Shown piece after piece: positions 15,930 through 27,763 of a DNA stretch of 64,000 nucleotides; position 1 is the first letter of the stretch, and each line of letters opens with the position of its first letter. The position numbers and the translations under genes are program-made. Under the pieces are notes generated by a model, which saw nothing but the letters and a program-made list of their open reading frames with translations, did no database searches and was not told the origin of the DNA. This stretch comes from the human T2T-CHM13v2.0 reference genome, Homo sapiens, in the NCBI RefSeq assembly GCF_009914755.1, contig NC_060926.1. One strand, written 5' to 3'.

Positions 15930-16340
15930 CTGATACTCTAATTTCATCCTCTTGCATTTCCAGTCATGCTCAATAGCATATACTTGCAAGAACACTGCAC
16001 ACTCTTTTCTTTCTCCTTGCTTCCGGCAATGGTAAACCTTCTTCATTGAATGCACATTTCTGTTTTGCCTGACCAACTCCTGCTTTTCCTCTAAAGTTAA
16101 TCTCAGCCTAACCCCTTTCAAGGTAACTTACCTGACCACTTCCATCTGCCTTGACCATCCAGGTACTCTCCTTCAGAACCCCCTTATAACCTTCCACAGA
16201 TTTCTGACACTGCACTCACCCCTGTCTCCCCAGGGGCCTCTGAGCTCCTTGAGGGCAGAGACAGAGCCTTTTGTTTGCTGTATTCTCAACACCTTGTCCA
16301 GGACTTGCCATATCAGAAACCTCATTAACACCTTAATAGA
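15930..16340 (+). mobile_element. L2 LINE 3' fragment
   Basis: Pyrimidine-rich sequence ending 'tgagctccttgagggcagagac...gctgtattctcaacacct'. Confidence 0.5.
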
Positions 16341-16559
16341 TTAGTGAAAGGAACTGCCTGGGAGGCTTTTTCCCACTTTCCTACTGCAGTGCCAGAATGG
16401 AGGATGTCCTCCACCATGCCTTAGGAAAATTAATAAAAAGTGAATATTCTCAGGGACTCAGTCCCAGATCACCACCTAGGATTGCATAGGGTGTGACCTC
16501 ACAGGTGCTGTAACTGCTGAAGCAAGAAATTATGCACCATATATAAGTATTATGCCCCA

Positions 16560-16954
16560 TGTATAAGTCTGTTCTCACACTGCCTTAAAGAACTACCTGA
16601 TGCTGGGTAATTTATAAAGAAAAGAGATTTCATTGACAGACAGTTCCACAGGCTGTACAGGAGACATAGCTGGGGAGGCCTCAGGAAATTTACAATCATG
16701 GCAGAAGGGCAAAGGGAAACAAGCACATCTTCAACATGGTGGCAGGATAGAGAGAGAGAAAAAGGGGAAGTGCTACACACCTTTAAAGAACCAGATCTTT
16801 TGAGAACTCTATCACAAAACAGCACTAGGGCAATGGCACTAAGACATTAGAAACCACCCCCGTGATTCAATCACCTCCCACCGGACCCCACCTCCAACAC
16901 TTGAGATCACAGTTCAACATGAAATTAGAGTTGGGACACAGCCAAACCATATCA
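16560..16954 (-). mobile_element. MaLR solo LTR (MSTA)
   Basis: Complete antisense MST LTR from 'tgtataagtctgttctcacactgc' to 'gccaaaccatatca'; perfect 5-bp TSD CCCCA at 16555-16559 and 16955-16959. Confidence 0.92.
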
Positions 16955-17069
16955 CCCCAGGAGGCAGTGTCTTCGGGCAGTGGCAGGCACAGGGATGCCA
17001 TAGTACATGGAAGTCAGGAGGGGTGAGGAAAGTCCACAATAACCTGGACGTGGAGATGCACTCAGGCAA

Positions 17070-17455
17070 AGGCTCCATTTCACACAGCCTTCCTTGCAGG
17101 AAAGTGTGGTCCTGTGACTAAATTCTGTTCAGCAGAAACTCAGTGGAAATTGTGTTAAATTTTTGTAAACTGTCCTTAAGTGGAGTGTGTGCTCATCCTT
17201 TCTCCTCTCTGCTTCTGGCTGGAATGTGGACGTGTTGGCAGGAACTGGAGCAGCCATTTGGACCATGAGCTAACCATGAATGCAGGCCTCTTGGGGAACA
17301 GCAATGAGACAGAATCATGGGAATGATACCATGGCACCCCTACTGGCCTTGGGCCACCTATTTCAGACTTTTATACGAGAGGGAAATATAGTTATATATT
17401 TAAGCTATTTGGTAGGGGGGACGGTCATGTGTAGACAAACCTAATCCTAGAGAAA
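17070..17455 (+). mobile_element. Old MaLR LTR (MLT1J/K-like)
   Basis: 'ccatttcacacagccttccttgcag...tgtgactaaattctg' and 'ggaatgtggacgtgttggc...ggagcagccatttggaccatgag'. Confidence 0.6.
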
Positions 17456-18414
17456 TATGGGCAGTTTGTATGACATTCCCAGGAATTTTGAGCTTCTTAA
17501 TATCTTATAACCCAACCATATTCTTGGACTTGAAGGTGTAACATTTGTATCCATTCAAGATTTTACTCATTCAAGACTTGTGGTAGAAGGGATTCCATAC
17601 AGGCAGACTGAGCTTGGGAATAGATAGCGGTTGCAGATGGATACCCCTGGGAAACTCTGGCATTCTGAAGAAAGATAATGCTGGTGACTGTGCTTGTGGC
17701 TTCTGATGGAGCCACATAGTCTTAATGCTAGCCAACACCCTCCTTCAGGAGTGCCCATGTACCTGACTTCATCTGGTGTGGTGTAGAACTACAGGCAAAA
17801 CTGACCCAGGAAAAAAATAGGGTGGTGATGATGGGGTTGACAGAACAGTTTCAGGGCGAAGACTTTCTTTGAATCTCCAAGGAGCCCAGAAGGCTTTTTA
17901 GACTATAAAGATCCATCTCCTGAATCTATTTTACCACTCTGAGGGGATGTTTTTGAATTAACATAGACTCCCTGTAAAGTTGCAAATGCAACAGTCATCT
18001 GTACCTTACTGAAAGTTGCTTTAATTAGACCAAGTATTTGCAGTGGTCAGCTTCAAAAGAATAGAGTTTACAAGAAAGCAAAGGTAGGGAGAAAAATATG
18101 GTGGTTCATTTGGAAGAAGACAGGCTTGCCTTGGGCTTAGCGATTCAGAGCCCAGCAAGGCTAAGGGTCTGCAGGGTGAGGAGGAGAGGACTGTGGGATG
18201 GGCTGTGGAAAGACTTGGTCACTTTTCAGTTGGCTCCTGCTCCATTGGGGTTGCTGTGCCCTGAAAATCACCTCAGTGCTGTCCTTGGCACATCTTTGGT
18301 ATCTGGAATTGTCAGAGCTGTGATGTCAGCACTTGCCTGGAAGCTATGGACTACAGCCAACCATGGCTTGGCCTGGGCCCATGAACTGATGGTGGCAGCC
18401 ATTTAGTGAGTGCT

Positions 18415-18505
18415 ACTGATGAGGAAACTGAAGCTTAGTGAAGTTAGGTAATTCACGCAGGCCACAGATGGCCAAGCAGTCTGACCCCACTTAGTCTGAC
18501 CCCAA
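18415..18505 (-). mobile_element. MIR fragment
   Basis: MIR core 'gatgaggaaactgaagcttagtgaagttaggtaa'. Confidence 0.6.
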
Positions 18506-20372
18506 AATGCAAGCATCCTTAGTGTAGGGCATCCAAGGGTCTTTCTACCTGGTTTCTGCTCACTCTTTTCAAGAGCCAGAGAAAAGACAGGGAGGAGCAG
18601 AGGACGAGAAGTGCAGCCTCTTGCTGCAGAAGGACACAGAGGGACAGCTCGGCCCCTCCTCTACTGACTTCTGTCCCTAGTCCCTCACTTCTCTCTCCAC
18701 TCTCTATCATTCTTGGGAATTTTCAGTAGTTTCCAAATCTGGCTGCTTAGGGAAATTTTAAAAATATAGATTCCAGGCCCCAAGTCAAGGAGCCTTCTAA
18801 TTTTGTTGGCTTTGGTGACAGTGATTTGCAGCCCAGGCTGAGGATAGGAGGGGAATGGGGTTGGAAGAGCCTCAGAAATCTCCTTCTTAGATGCTTAGGC
18901 CTCTAGTGCATGAAGTTCTTTGTGATAAGAAAACAAAAACAAACAAAAAACACCACCCCTGTGTAAAGCCAGTGAAGTGGGTTGAGAGAAACACCATCTC
19001 CTGTTTAGTGACTGACTATGATATTTTAATCACTTCGACATACTCACAAGTCACATGGAAACCAAGCATTCCTTAAAATGCTTCCTGGGTTTCCTTAAAC
19101 ATTTTATTCCCTTGGATAATAGGGAAGCAATTTTGCTGACTTAGGAAAACATAGAAAAATAGGTGAACTTTGCCTTGGTCTTCCTTCATCCCTGCCTCCT
19201 CTGAGAGGTTTCCAGGGCTCTCATTCAGTCCCACAGATGCTCCAGACATGCCTCCTGCACCCCTTCCCAGCCTTGGACCCTACAGGTTATGCATCGTCTT
19301 CCTCTTTCTACCTTCTTTGCCCCCAGCCTCACCTCAAATCCTCTTGTTCCCTTAGGCCAAGACAGCAGCTGCTTGCAAAGCAAGCTAATAAGTGGATGCC
19401 CTTTGTGATACCGGTGACTCCGTGCATCCCTGGAGAGCCCTACACATCCTGAGCTTTCACCCTTCTCTGTTTGCTTATAGGATTGGTTGCTGATCTTAGT
19501 AAGAGGCCATTGCTAAGGAACTCAATACTTCCCTGGAAAGGAATCAAGAATTGATGACATGACTGAAACACAGGATGCTTGGTATTTTTGAAGTCTGGCT
19601 ACTAGTGACTAAGGATGAAAGTGTAGACTAAAACAACAAGCCAGCTTTTCAGTGTTACTCTTCATCTATTACATTGAAGTATTTTTGAGTAAAGTAATAG
19701 CAAATTATGCTCTGTTCAAGAAAAGTGACAGTTGTCTGCTTTTGCATGAGCATTCAAGGACAGCAGAAAGATTCATGGAGTGCCCTTCTGACTGTTCCCA
19801 CCAGGAGAGGCAGCTATGAGATGGGCCCTTCAATGTCAAACTCTATTAGCCTTAAGGATACACACTATGATTTATGGGGATGAGGAGGTTTGCTTTAAGA
19901 TCACAGAATGTTAGAGTCAGAAGGGACTTTCCAAAGTGAATTTTCTTTTTTTTTTTTTTTGCTGATAGGAAAATTGTTTTGCCATCTCTGAGCACCCCTG
20001 CCAGCTCACAGGAGTTAGAGGTAGCTCTAATGATTGCCATGTCTTGAGGGATGGAAAGAAAGATTAAACACCTTCAAAAAACGGGGAAGAGCAGATACTG
20101 GGTGCCCTCCAGAATCTTCTTTGTATGCCCTTCAGTAATCAGCAAAATTGAATTAATTACTGATGGCCAAGGACCCTACTGGTATTCTCAAGTGGAGATG
20201 ATAGTGATCCATTTATGGAAAAAATGTCCTCAGATCCCAAGGCACCTGTTGTTTTCCACAACTATACTTTGTTCAGGATACAGCACCATAGATGAACACC
20301 ATACTTGCAGGATAGTGTATTATACCCTTGACATGGTGAGCAAGCCCAACTTAAAACCCCCAGAATACCCAC

Positions 20373-20729
20373 TGATATGGTTTGGCTGTGTCCCCACCCA
20401 AATCTCATCTTGAATTGTAGTTCCCATAATTCCCTTGTGTGGGATGGACCCAGTGGGAAATAATTGAATCATGGGGGTGGTTCCCCCATACTGTTCTCAT
20501 GGTAGTAATAAGTCTCATGAGATCTGATGATTTTATAAGGGGAAACCCCTTTGGCTTGGCTTTCATTCTCTCTTTGCTGCTGCCATGTAAGATGTGCCTT
20601 TTGCCTTCCACCATGATTGTGAGGCCTCCCCAGCCACGTGGAACTATGAGTCCATTAAATCTCTTTTCCTTTATAAATTACTCAGTCTTAGATATGTCTT
20701 TATCAGCAGTACGAAAACAGACTAATACA
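20373..20729 (+). mobile_element. THE1 solo LTR (THE1B/C)
   Basis: Canonical 'tgatatggtttggctgtgtccccacccaaatctcatcttgaattgtag' to 'aacagactaataca'; TSD CCCAC/CTCAC. Confidence 0.93.
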
Positions 20730-21759
20730 CTCACCCTGATATCAGAAAGACAATGGCCAGAATCCTATGTTCACATATATTGCTGGGTAAGACCTCTTTC
20801 TAAACAGTAGACAACTGTAAGATGCCCTTTCAATTCTTGCCCCACTGGGCTCTCCATTCCCTGTATATCCAGCCTTTTGTCTACTTGGCCACTGAGATCT
20901 GGACATCATATAATAAATAGCTCAAAGTCCCTGTGGCAACTCCCTTTCCCAATGACTCAACTCTGACAGCTAACATGCACTTGCTGTGAAGCTTACTCTT
21001 TGCAAGGTTGGTCCTGCCACACAGGTTTTTATTTTTAATCTAAACACTTCCAGAAATCACAAGGTTTAGAATTATTTTCCCCTGACTCACACTCAGATTA
21101 GGATTCTGTGTTTATTATAAAACTGTTGTTTTAGGAGCATTTTGGGCGCAAAACGCCAAACCTAAGAAGTTGAAGTTTAACCTCCTGGTCATAAGAAAGG
21201 AGCTCAGTCTATTCTTGGACCTTCTTGGTGTTGAACAGACAGAGACATGGGTTTTGAAAGACGGTGTTCTAATTTCTCATTAGGTCAGGCTCCAACCTAC
21301 AATGGGAGTTGTTGGAAGCCTGACAGCCATTGTAGAGTCCCAGGGTGGATGCTTGAGACTGCTATTGTGAAAACAAGGCAGGAAAAGGATTTTTTCCCCC
21401 TCATACATCACTTTTTATCACATGACCTTGTAATCACACACTTTTCCCTTTATAGCATGGCCTATCCTTCTCAAAGCACGTTCACAAACAGCACCCCTTC
21501 CCTACTCCTGCCATAAACAGGCATGAAGAGGGACCCAGAGAGCCTTCTTGCGTGTCCATAACACGACCCCACCCACCTCCCAATGCACACGACCTTTTCA
21601 CCACCATCTGCCAGGATGCTATTGGGACAAATCTCAGTCACCATTAGGAAGCTAGGATTCCCCCATCTCCACCAGGTCCTCCCTCATCTCTAGTCTCTCA
21701 CCTACATACAGCACCTGTATATCATCCATCTAGCCCCATCTCCCACTCCTGCACAGAGC

Positions 21760-22390
21760 AAAACCTTGCCATGGGACCCACTGGAACTCAAGATTTGTTG
21801 TCAGCAAAATCGCCCATATCCCTCCCCCGACCCATCAAACTTTCCTACCTTCTTACGCTGTCTGAATGCTTTCTCTGCAGCTGTCTTCTATCTCCCACAG
21901 CCCTCATGGCATAAGCCCGAGGGCTTAAAGGTGGGGTAGGTGTTGTCCTTGGTCCTTATTGTCCTTCTCCCAAACCATGCTCATACTCTCTTTCCTCCCC
22001 TTTTCCCCTCAATTTTGAACCCCATGCTATCAGACTAAACCACTTGCTACCCTCCTTACTCCAGCCATCTATAGACCTGCAGGTCACTCACCTCTGTTTC
22101 TAGAAGAGTTTAGTTCCTGGCTCAGGGTCACTCTCCCCAGTGCCACATTCATCATGACCCTGGAGGATTTCACCCACTTAGGTGATCCTTCTCACCCCTG
22201 GTCTCTGAGGTCCTTTCCAATGATTGTGTCCTTATCCTTCTCATCCACGCATCTCATGGTCTCAGCCTCTCCATAGCCACAGATTTCACTCTCCCATATG
22301 CTCAACTTCAAACACCTCCTTTTCTGACCCCATTCTCCCAGCTATTGATGTTACTCCCTCTAGTATCTCGGCTTCAACAGTTCTTCAGTT
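21760..22390 (+). mobile_element. L2 LINE internal relic (endonuclease-coding region)
   Basis: Translates by hand to KGGVGVVL, FEPHAIRL and IYRPAGHSPLFLEEFSSWL...IMTLEDFT, matching the GGGV, IYRPP and LGDFN motifs of L2/CR1-clade APE endonucleases. Confidence 0.7.
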
Positions 22391-22400
22391 CTATTGAGAC

Positions 22401-22660
22401 TGCATTGGTTTGCTATCACTGCTGTAACAAATAACACATATTTAGTGGCTTAAAAAAACACAAATGTGTTGTTTTACAGTTCTGGAGGACAGAAGTCTGA
22501 AATCAGTTTCACCTGGCTAAAGTCAAAATGTTGGTAGAACTGGTTCCTTCCAGAGGCGCTCAGGGGAGAATCTACTTCCCTGCCTTTCCCAGCAGCTGGT
22601 GGCCACCTGTATTTCTTAGCTAGTGGTCCCTTCTCCATCATCAAAGAGCATCACTCTCTC
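22401..22660 (-). mobile_element. Partial MaLR LTR (MLT1C/D-like)
   Basis: 'ctgctgtaacaaataacaca...ttacagttctggaggacagaagtctgaaatcagtttcac...ggggagaatct'. Confidence 0.78.
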
Positions 22661-23814
22661 ACTTCAGGTCTTTGGTTGAAAGTTATCCTCACTGTTACAT
22701 TCTGTCCCTTATTTTGCTTTTTCTTTGTTTTAGCATTTTTTTGTTTTGGTCTCATTAGTATCCTCCACCCATCCCTGATACCTGGTCTAGATATTAACCT
22801 CCATGAGGATAGGGAGTTGTTTTGTTCATTGATGTGTCTAATAATTTAAGACAGTAGGTGCTCAATACATATTTATTACCAGAATAAATAAATTTTAATC
22901 TCACTACTTTTATAAATCAATGCAGGGAATTAAATTAATAATTACTAAGAGGACAGGCATTGTACTAGACATTGATATAGGGTTGTCAGTTTTAACAAAA
23001 TTACTAGCTGGAATCAATTTATCGAGTAAAGATTGTTTATCTTATGGAACATTTAATGATGGAAATCTGCATTTACATTCCTTTTATTACCAAATAAGTG
23101 TAATTTTTTAAAAAACCTCCAACAAACCACAGAGTTTGGTTTTTACTGATTCAGGACTGGTTCTGTTATAGCCATTAAACCAAGATTACTCATAGCACAA
23201 AAAATTTTTTTCAGTCTGGTATTCAATACAGAAGTTAGAGCAATTATAAAACTAGTTCTTACATAGAGCAGCAGATTCCCTGTGGAAAACACATTTCCAC
23301 TTATCAAAAAATGACATTCTGTTGAGAGATATGAACATCATGTCCAAAATACCAACTCTCCTCCCAGAGAAAATTTGGAGGGAGCCCCTTTCTTTTCACA
23401 TTGACAACCTCCAGATTTGAATTACTCATCAAAGGATTTATCACGATCAGACAAGTGCAAAAGATTCAGAGCATGATATGGTGAATTCTAGCCGTTCCTT
23501 CTACAGTTTGAGACCTCTTAGATTCACATTTGTGCTGTGGCAGTAAATTTATGATCTACATAAACAAGAAGCTCATTTTTCTGCAATTTGTATATGGCTT
23601 TCATGCCAGAGATTATAGCATCTTTTTTTTATTGTACTTTGAAACCAAATTAAATCTTTACAATTCTTGATTCAAGGTTGATGAAGTTACCGAAAGTGTC
23701 TTGTTTTTTTAAAGTTCTGCAACAAATAATTTAAAATTTTGCATGTTCTTTGATTTATAACTCCTTAACTAGAACTTTACCCTAAGTAAATGGAACTTAA
23801 TGGAACGTATTCAG

Positions 23815-24020
23815 GCATTGGAAACAGATAGGCCTGGGTTCTGATCCAGACTCAAGCATTAATATCACATCCACATGTGTCTTTTTTGTTTCAGTTTTCT
23901 CACCTGTAAGATCAGAATAACACTGTATATCTTTTAAGATTGTTGTGAGATTTAGATATATTAGAAACACAGTCCCCTAGGCAGGTCTGGTCCATAGAAA
24001 GTGCTGAAAAATGATAACAA
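23815..24020 (+). mobile_element. MIR SINE
   Basis: 'cctgggttctgatccagact', 'tcagttttctcacctgtaag', 'gattgttgtgagatttaga'. Confidence 0.6.
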
Positions 24021-24216
24021 TCAAGAGTCCCACAGAGCTAAAACATGACTTACAATGTTGAAAATTTTGGAGCAAATGAAATATCCAGCAATAGGGGATT
24101 GTGAAATAAATTTTGGTAAAGCCATGCAATGAAACTTTCTGCAGCTATGTGGAAAGACATTGCAGAAGAATTTTTAATGACCTAGAAAAATGTTCATGAT
24201 AAAATGTTACGTGAAA

Positions 24217-24756
24217 TTCCACTCGTAGGTATAGGAGTAAAACAGGTAGTCAAACAAAAACTTGTAGGTAAATGTTCATAAAAGCATTATTTGCAAAAGC
24301 CAAAAGGTTGAAAGAACCCAAATGCCCATCAGCTAATGAATGGATAAACAATATATTATATGTCCATACAATGGAATATTATTCATCCATGAATGAATTA
24401 AAGTATTGATACATGCTACAGTATGGATGTACCTTGAAAACACCATGCTAAGTGAAGTGAAAGAAGCCAGATGCAAAATCACACATTTTTTATTCCATTT
24501 GTATGAAACACCTAGAATAGATAAATCCATAAAAACAGAAGGCAGATTAATGATTGCTATGGGCTAGGGGTGTGAGAAATGGGGAGGGGGGGTGACTGCT
24601 AATTGTGTATGGCGTTTCTTTTTAGGGTGATGAAAAAGTTCTAGAACTAGAATAGTGATAATGGTTGCACAACATTATGAATGTACTTGATGCCACTGAA
24701 TTGCACACTTTTAAATAGTTAAAATGGTAAATTTTATGTGTATTGTATCAAAATAA
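24217..24756 (+). mobile_element. L1MB-type 3' end nested in an older L1ME-like fragment (about 24040-24960)
   Basis: L1MB 3' UTR motifs ('cccaaatgcccatcagctaatgaatggataaac', 'gggtgatgaaaaagttctagaactaga'); 16-bp TSD AAAATGTTAC(G/C)TGAAA at 24201-24216 and 24757-24772. Confidence 0.85.
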
Positions 24757-25058
24757 AAAATGTTACCTGAAAAAATATAGCTTGAAAACTTGTGTTTACA
24801 GTGAAATATTATTTATATCCACTTATACGTGCACACACACACACAGGAATTTATACACCAAAATGTTAGTAGTGGTTATTTCTCACCATGATATCACAGG
24901 TGATTTTTAAAATCATTTGCACTATCTTAATTTTTTCAGTAAGTATGTATTACTTTTATAATAAGGGATGAAGTTTAAGGATAATAAAAGATGAAGTTTA
25001 AGGATAAAGAATCACAAAAACAAAATTGCTGAATAAATGTAAAAGATGAAAGTAGACC

Positions 25059-25421
25059 TGATATAGTTTGGCTCTGTGTCCCCACTCAAATCTCATCTTG
25101 AATTGTAATTCCCAGGTGTCCAGGGAAGTACCTGGTGGGAGGTGACTGGATCATGGGGGTGGTTTCCCCCATGCTGTTCTCATGATAGTGAGGGAGTTTT
25201 CATGAGATCTGATGGTTTTAAGTGGCAGTTTTGCCCTGTGCACACTCTCTCCTGCTGCCATGTAAGATGTGCCTTGCTTCCCCTTTGCCTTCCACCATGA
25301 TTGTAAGTTTCCTAAGGCCTCCCCAGCCATGCAGAACTGTGAGTCAGTTAAACCTCTTCTCTTCATAAATTACCCAGTCTCAGGTAGTATCTTTATAGTA
25401 GTGTGAAAACAAACTAATACA
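25059..25421 (+). mobile_element. THE1 solo LTR (THE1D-like)
   Basis: 'tgatatagtttggctctgtgtcccc' to 'aaactaataca'; TSD AGACC/AAACC. Confidence 0.92.
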
Positions 25422-25799
25422 AAACCCAATACTGACCTGCCCCTATGTTTATACAATAAAAGTATTGAGCATTATTTCATAATTACATCCTGTGTGCTGA
25501 CAGTTCTGAAGGGTGCTTTGCTGCACAGAGCCAGCCACGTCTGCCTTTCACACCCGAATTTGTGTGGAATCAAGTCCCATACTTTACATCTAATTTGCAA
25601 ATCACTGTAGTAACGCATAAACTTAGAGAGTAAGTAGACATAATTGCACCTAAGTCATGGCATCACAAGATAACTATAACACTTAACATACATACATATA
25701 TATATATGCCCTACTTTAAAAAATCTCATTTGTTTTTCATAAAGGGAGCACTCAAATCCTAGTCAGTGGGGTTCAAAACAAGACAATTAGCAGTTCTAT

Positions 25800-26090
25800 T
25801 TATAATTGCGTTCATTTATCTTATTAACCCCATGAGGAAAACCTCATTATTCTTATTTTATACAAGGTGAAATTTGGACTCAGGTGAATCACTTCCTTGG
25901 GTTCAGGGTGTTAGTAAATGGTAGGCCCAGAATTCATACACAGGTTTGTGGGAAACTCAAGCTCATACTCTACCTGCAGTCACTGTTGCCTTGTCATTTC
26001 ATGGATGGAGGAGCAGATGTTCAGAGAGGTAACCTAACTGGGCCAAAGTCACAGCTAATGTATGATAGACTTGGGATTTGATCTTCGTCT
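25800..26090 (-). mobile_element. Two MIR fragments
   Basis: 'cattattcttattttatacaaggtgaaatttggactcag' and 'ttcagagaggtaacctaactggccaaagtcacagctaa...gggatttga'. Confidence 0.55.
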
Positions 26091-27407
26091 AGTGAATTTC
26101 ACCAATCTCAGCTGCCTCTTGAGCATTTCTTGATGATACTGACTACATTGATATCATTCTCTTTCAGGACACCAAAAAGACCATGATACAATACAACCTC
26201 AAAGAACTAGTAAAAAGATAACGGGGACTTCAGAATAAATAGAACTTATACGTGGAGAGAATAATGGTTCAACTAAGAATAAAGGTCTGACATGAAGTTC
26301 TAAAATGTTCCAAGTTCAAACAGATGCAAATACTTTATTTTAAATGGTATGATCACATAGAGATAACACTGAAATATGATCTACATTAAAATTTGAGTGG
26401 CAATGCAAAATGAATGAACTCTCTTAAAGACAGAATGAGACAAAACTTGGTATGAGTCTTGCAGGCAGAGCCACCTGCCAGTCTGGTGTGCCATCCGGAG
26501 CCATTGTTCAGCAGACATAATCTGTGTGACAGCAGATTTTTATATTCGAGCCACATCCCTCTTGCTCCATGGATAATCTAAAGGTGAACCCTATCAGACC
26601 ATGTTCTCTAGCCTCATTTGAAGGAGACAGTTTAGTGTAGAACTTTTCAGCCTAAAGAGAAAACATGTACTGTTTTCCTTCACTTGCAACCTTTCTAACA
26701 TAATGGATGATTCCCTTAGATGAATCTACCTCAGGTCTCCGTCATGCTTCTGAATTCTTCTCAAACCCTGCTGAAAGCCCATCTGGGAGCTCTCCAAGCT
26801 ACGTATTAACCAAGTGACCTTGGTATCCTTGTTGCTTCATTGCAAACATTTGTGCTAAAATGACATTTCTTTCCCAAGACACTGACCACATCATCCAACC
26901 TACTCTTTTTCTTCAAGAAATCTCAATGACATTCAAACTCAATGACTTGACCTTCTGGTTCTTCCGTGTCTCACTTCACGCCTCTGCCAGGCTTTGCCTC
27001 CTGTTCTTGTCTCCTCTCACACCTCCCTGCCCTTTTGTTCAGCCTCTCCCTCTGCCCCTCTCAGCTGCCTTTGTGTTTTTGTTCTCAGGTTTTCTCGTGT
27101 GTTCCCAGTCACCTGTCTTGGATGCAAGCTTCTCCCTCAGCCTTAAGCCTTCAATCTCTGTCATGCTCACTTGATTTCCTGTGTGCCCAGAGCGGTACCC
27201 CAGTGATCCAGGACCTCACCTAGCTTCCATTTTCTTGTCCCCAGCCTGTGCAATGGAAGGCTGGAAGGGAGTTATTCACTAAGAGAGCTGCACGCTGAGA
27301 TGGCCAATTTGAACACATAACCAGGCATGAGAAGATAAGCCAGAGGAGCCCTGCTTCCTCATTCATCCACTGATTCCTCAGTACGTTTGTTAAGAAGTCA
27401 TTTCATA

Positions 27408-27676
27408 GCTGGGCGTGGTGGCTCACGCCTTTAATCCCAGCACTTTGGGAGGCCGAGGTGGGCAGATCACGAGTTCAGGAGATCGAGACCATCCTGGCAA
27501 ACACGGTGAAACCCCATCTCTACTAAAAATACAAAAAATTAGCCGGGTGTGGTGGTGGGTGCCTGTAGTCCCAGCTACTCGGGAGGCGGAGCTTGCAGTG
27601 AGCCGAGATGGCACCACTGCACTCCAGCCTGGGCGACAGAGCGAGACTCCATCTCAAAAAGAAAAAAAAAAAAAAA
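27408..27676 (+). mobile_element. AluY with an internal right-arm deletion
   Basis: Y diagnostics 'gagatcgagaccatcctggc' and 'ggagcttgcagtgagccgag'; TSD AAGTCATTTCATA at 27395-27407 and 27677-27689. Confidence 0.93.
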
Positions 27677-27763
27677 AAGTCATTTCATATCAGACCCTGC
27701 GCTGGGTGACTAGCACGTGTATGACTGTGTTTGTGTTTACGTGTTATTTACAATGAGTCATGG

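Noticed and set aside
24967-25007. 18-bp direct repeat GATGAAGTTTAAGGATAA, plus short tandem duplications near 5781-5806, 33622-33643 and 40481-40500
   Set aside because: Only two or three copies and no unique spacers; ordinary slippage duplications, not an array.
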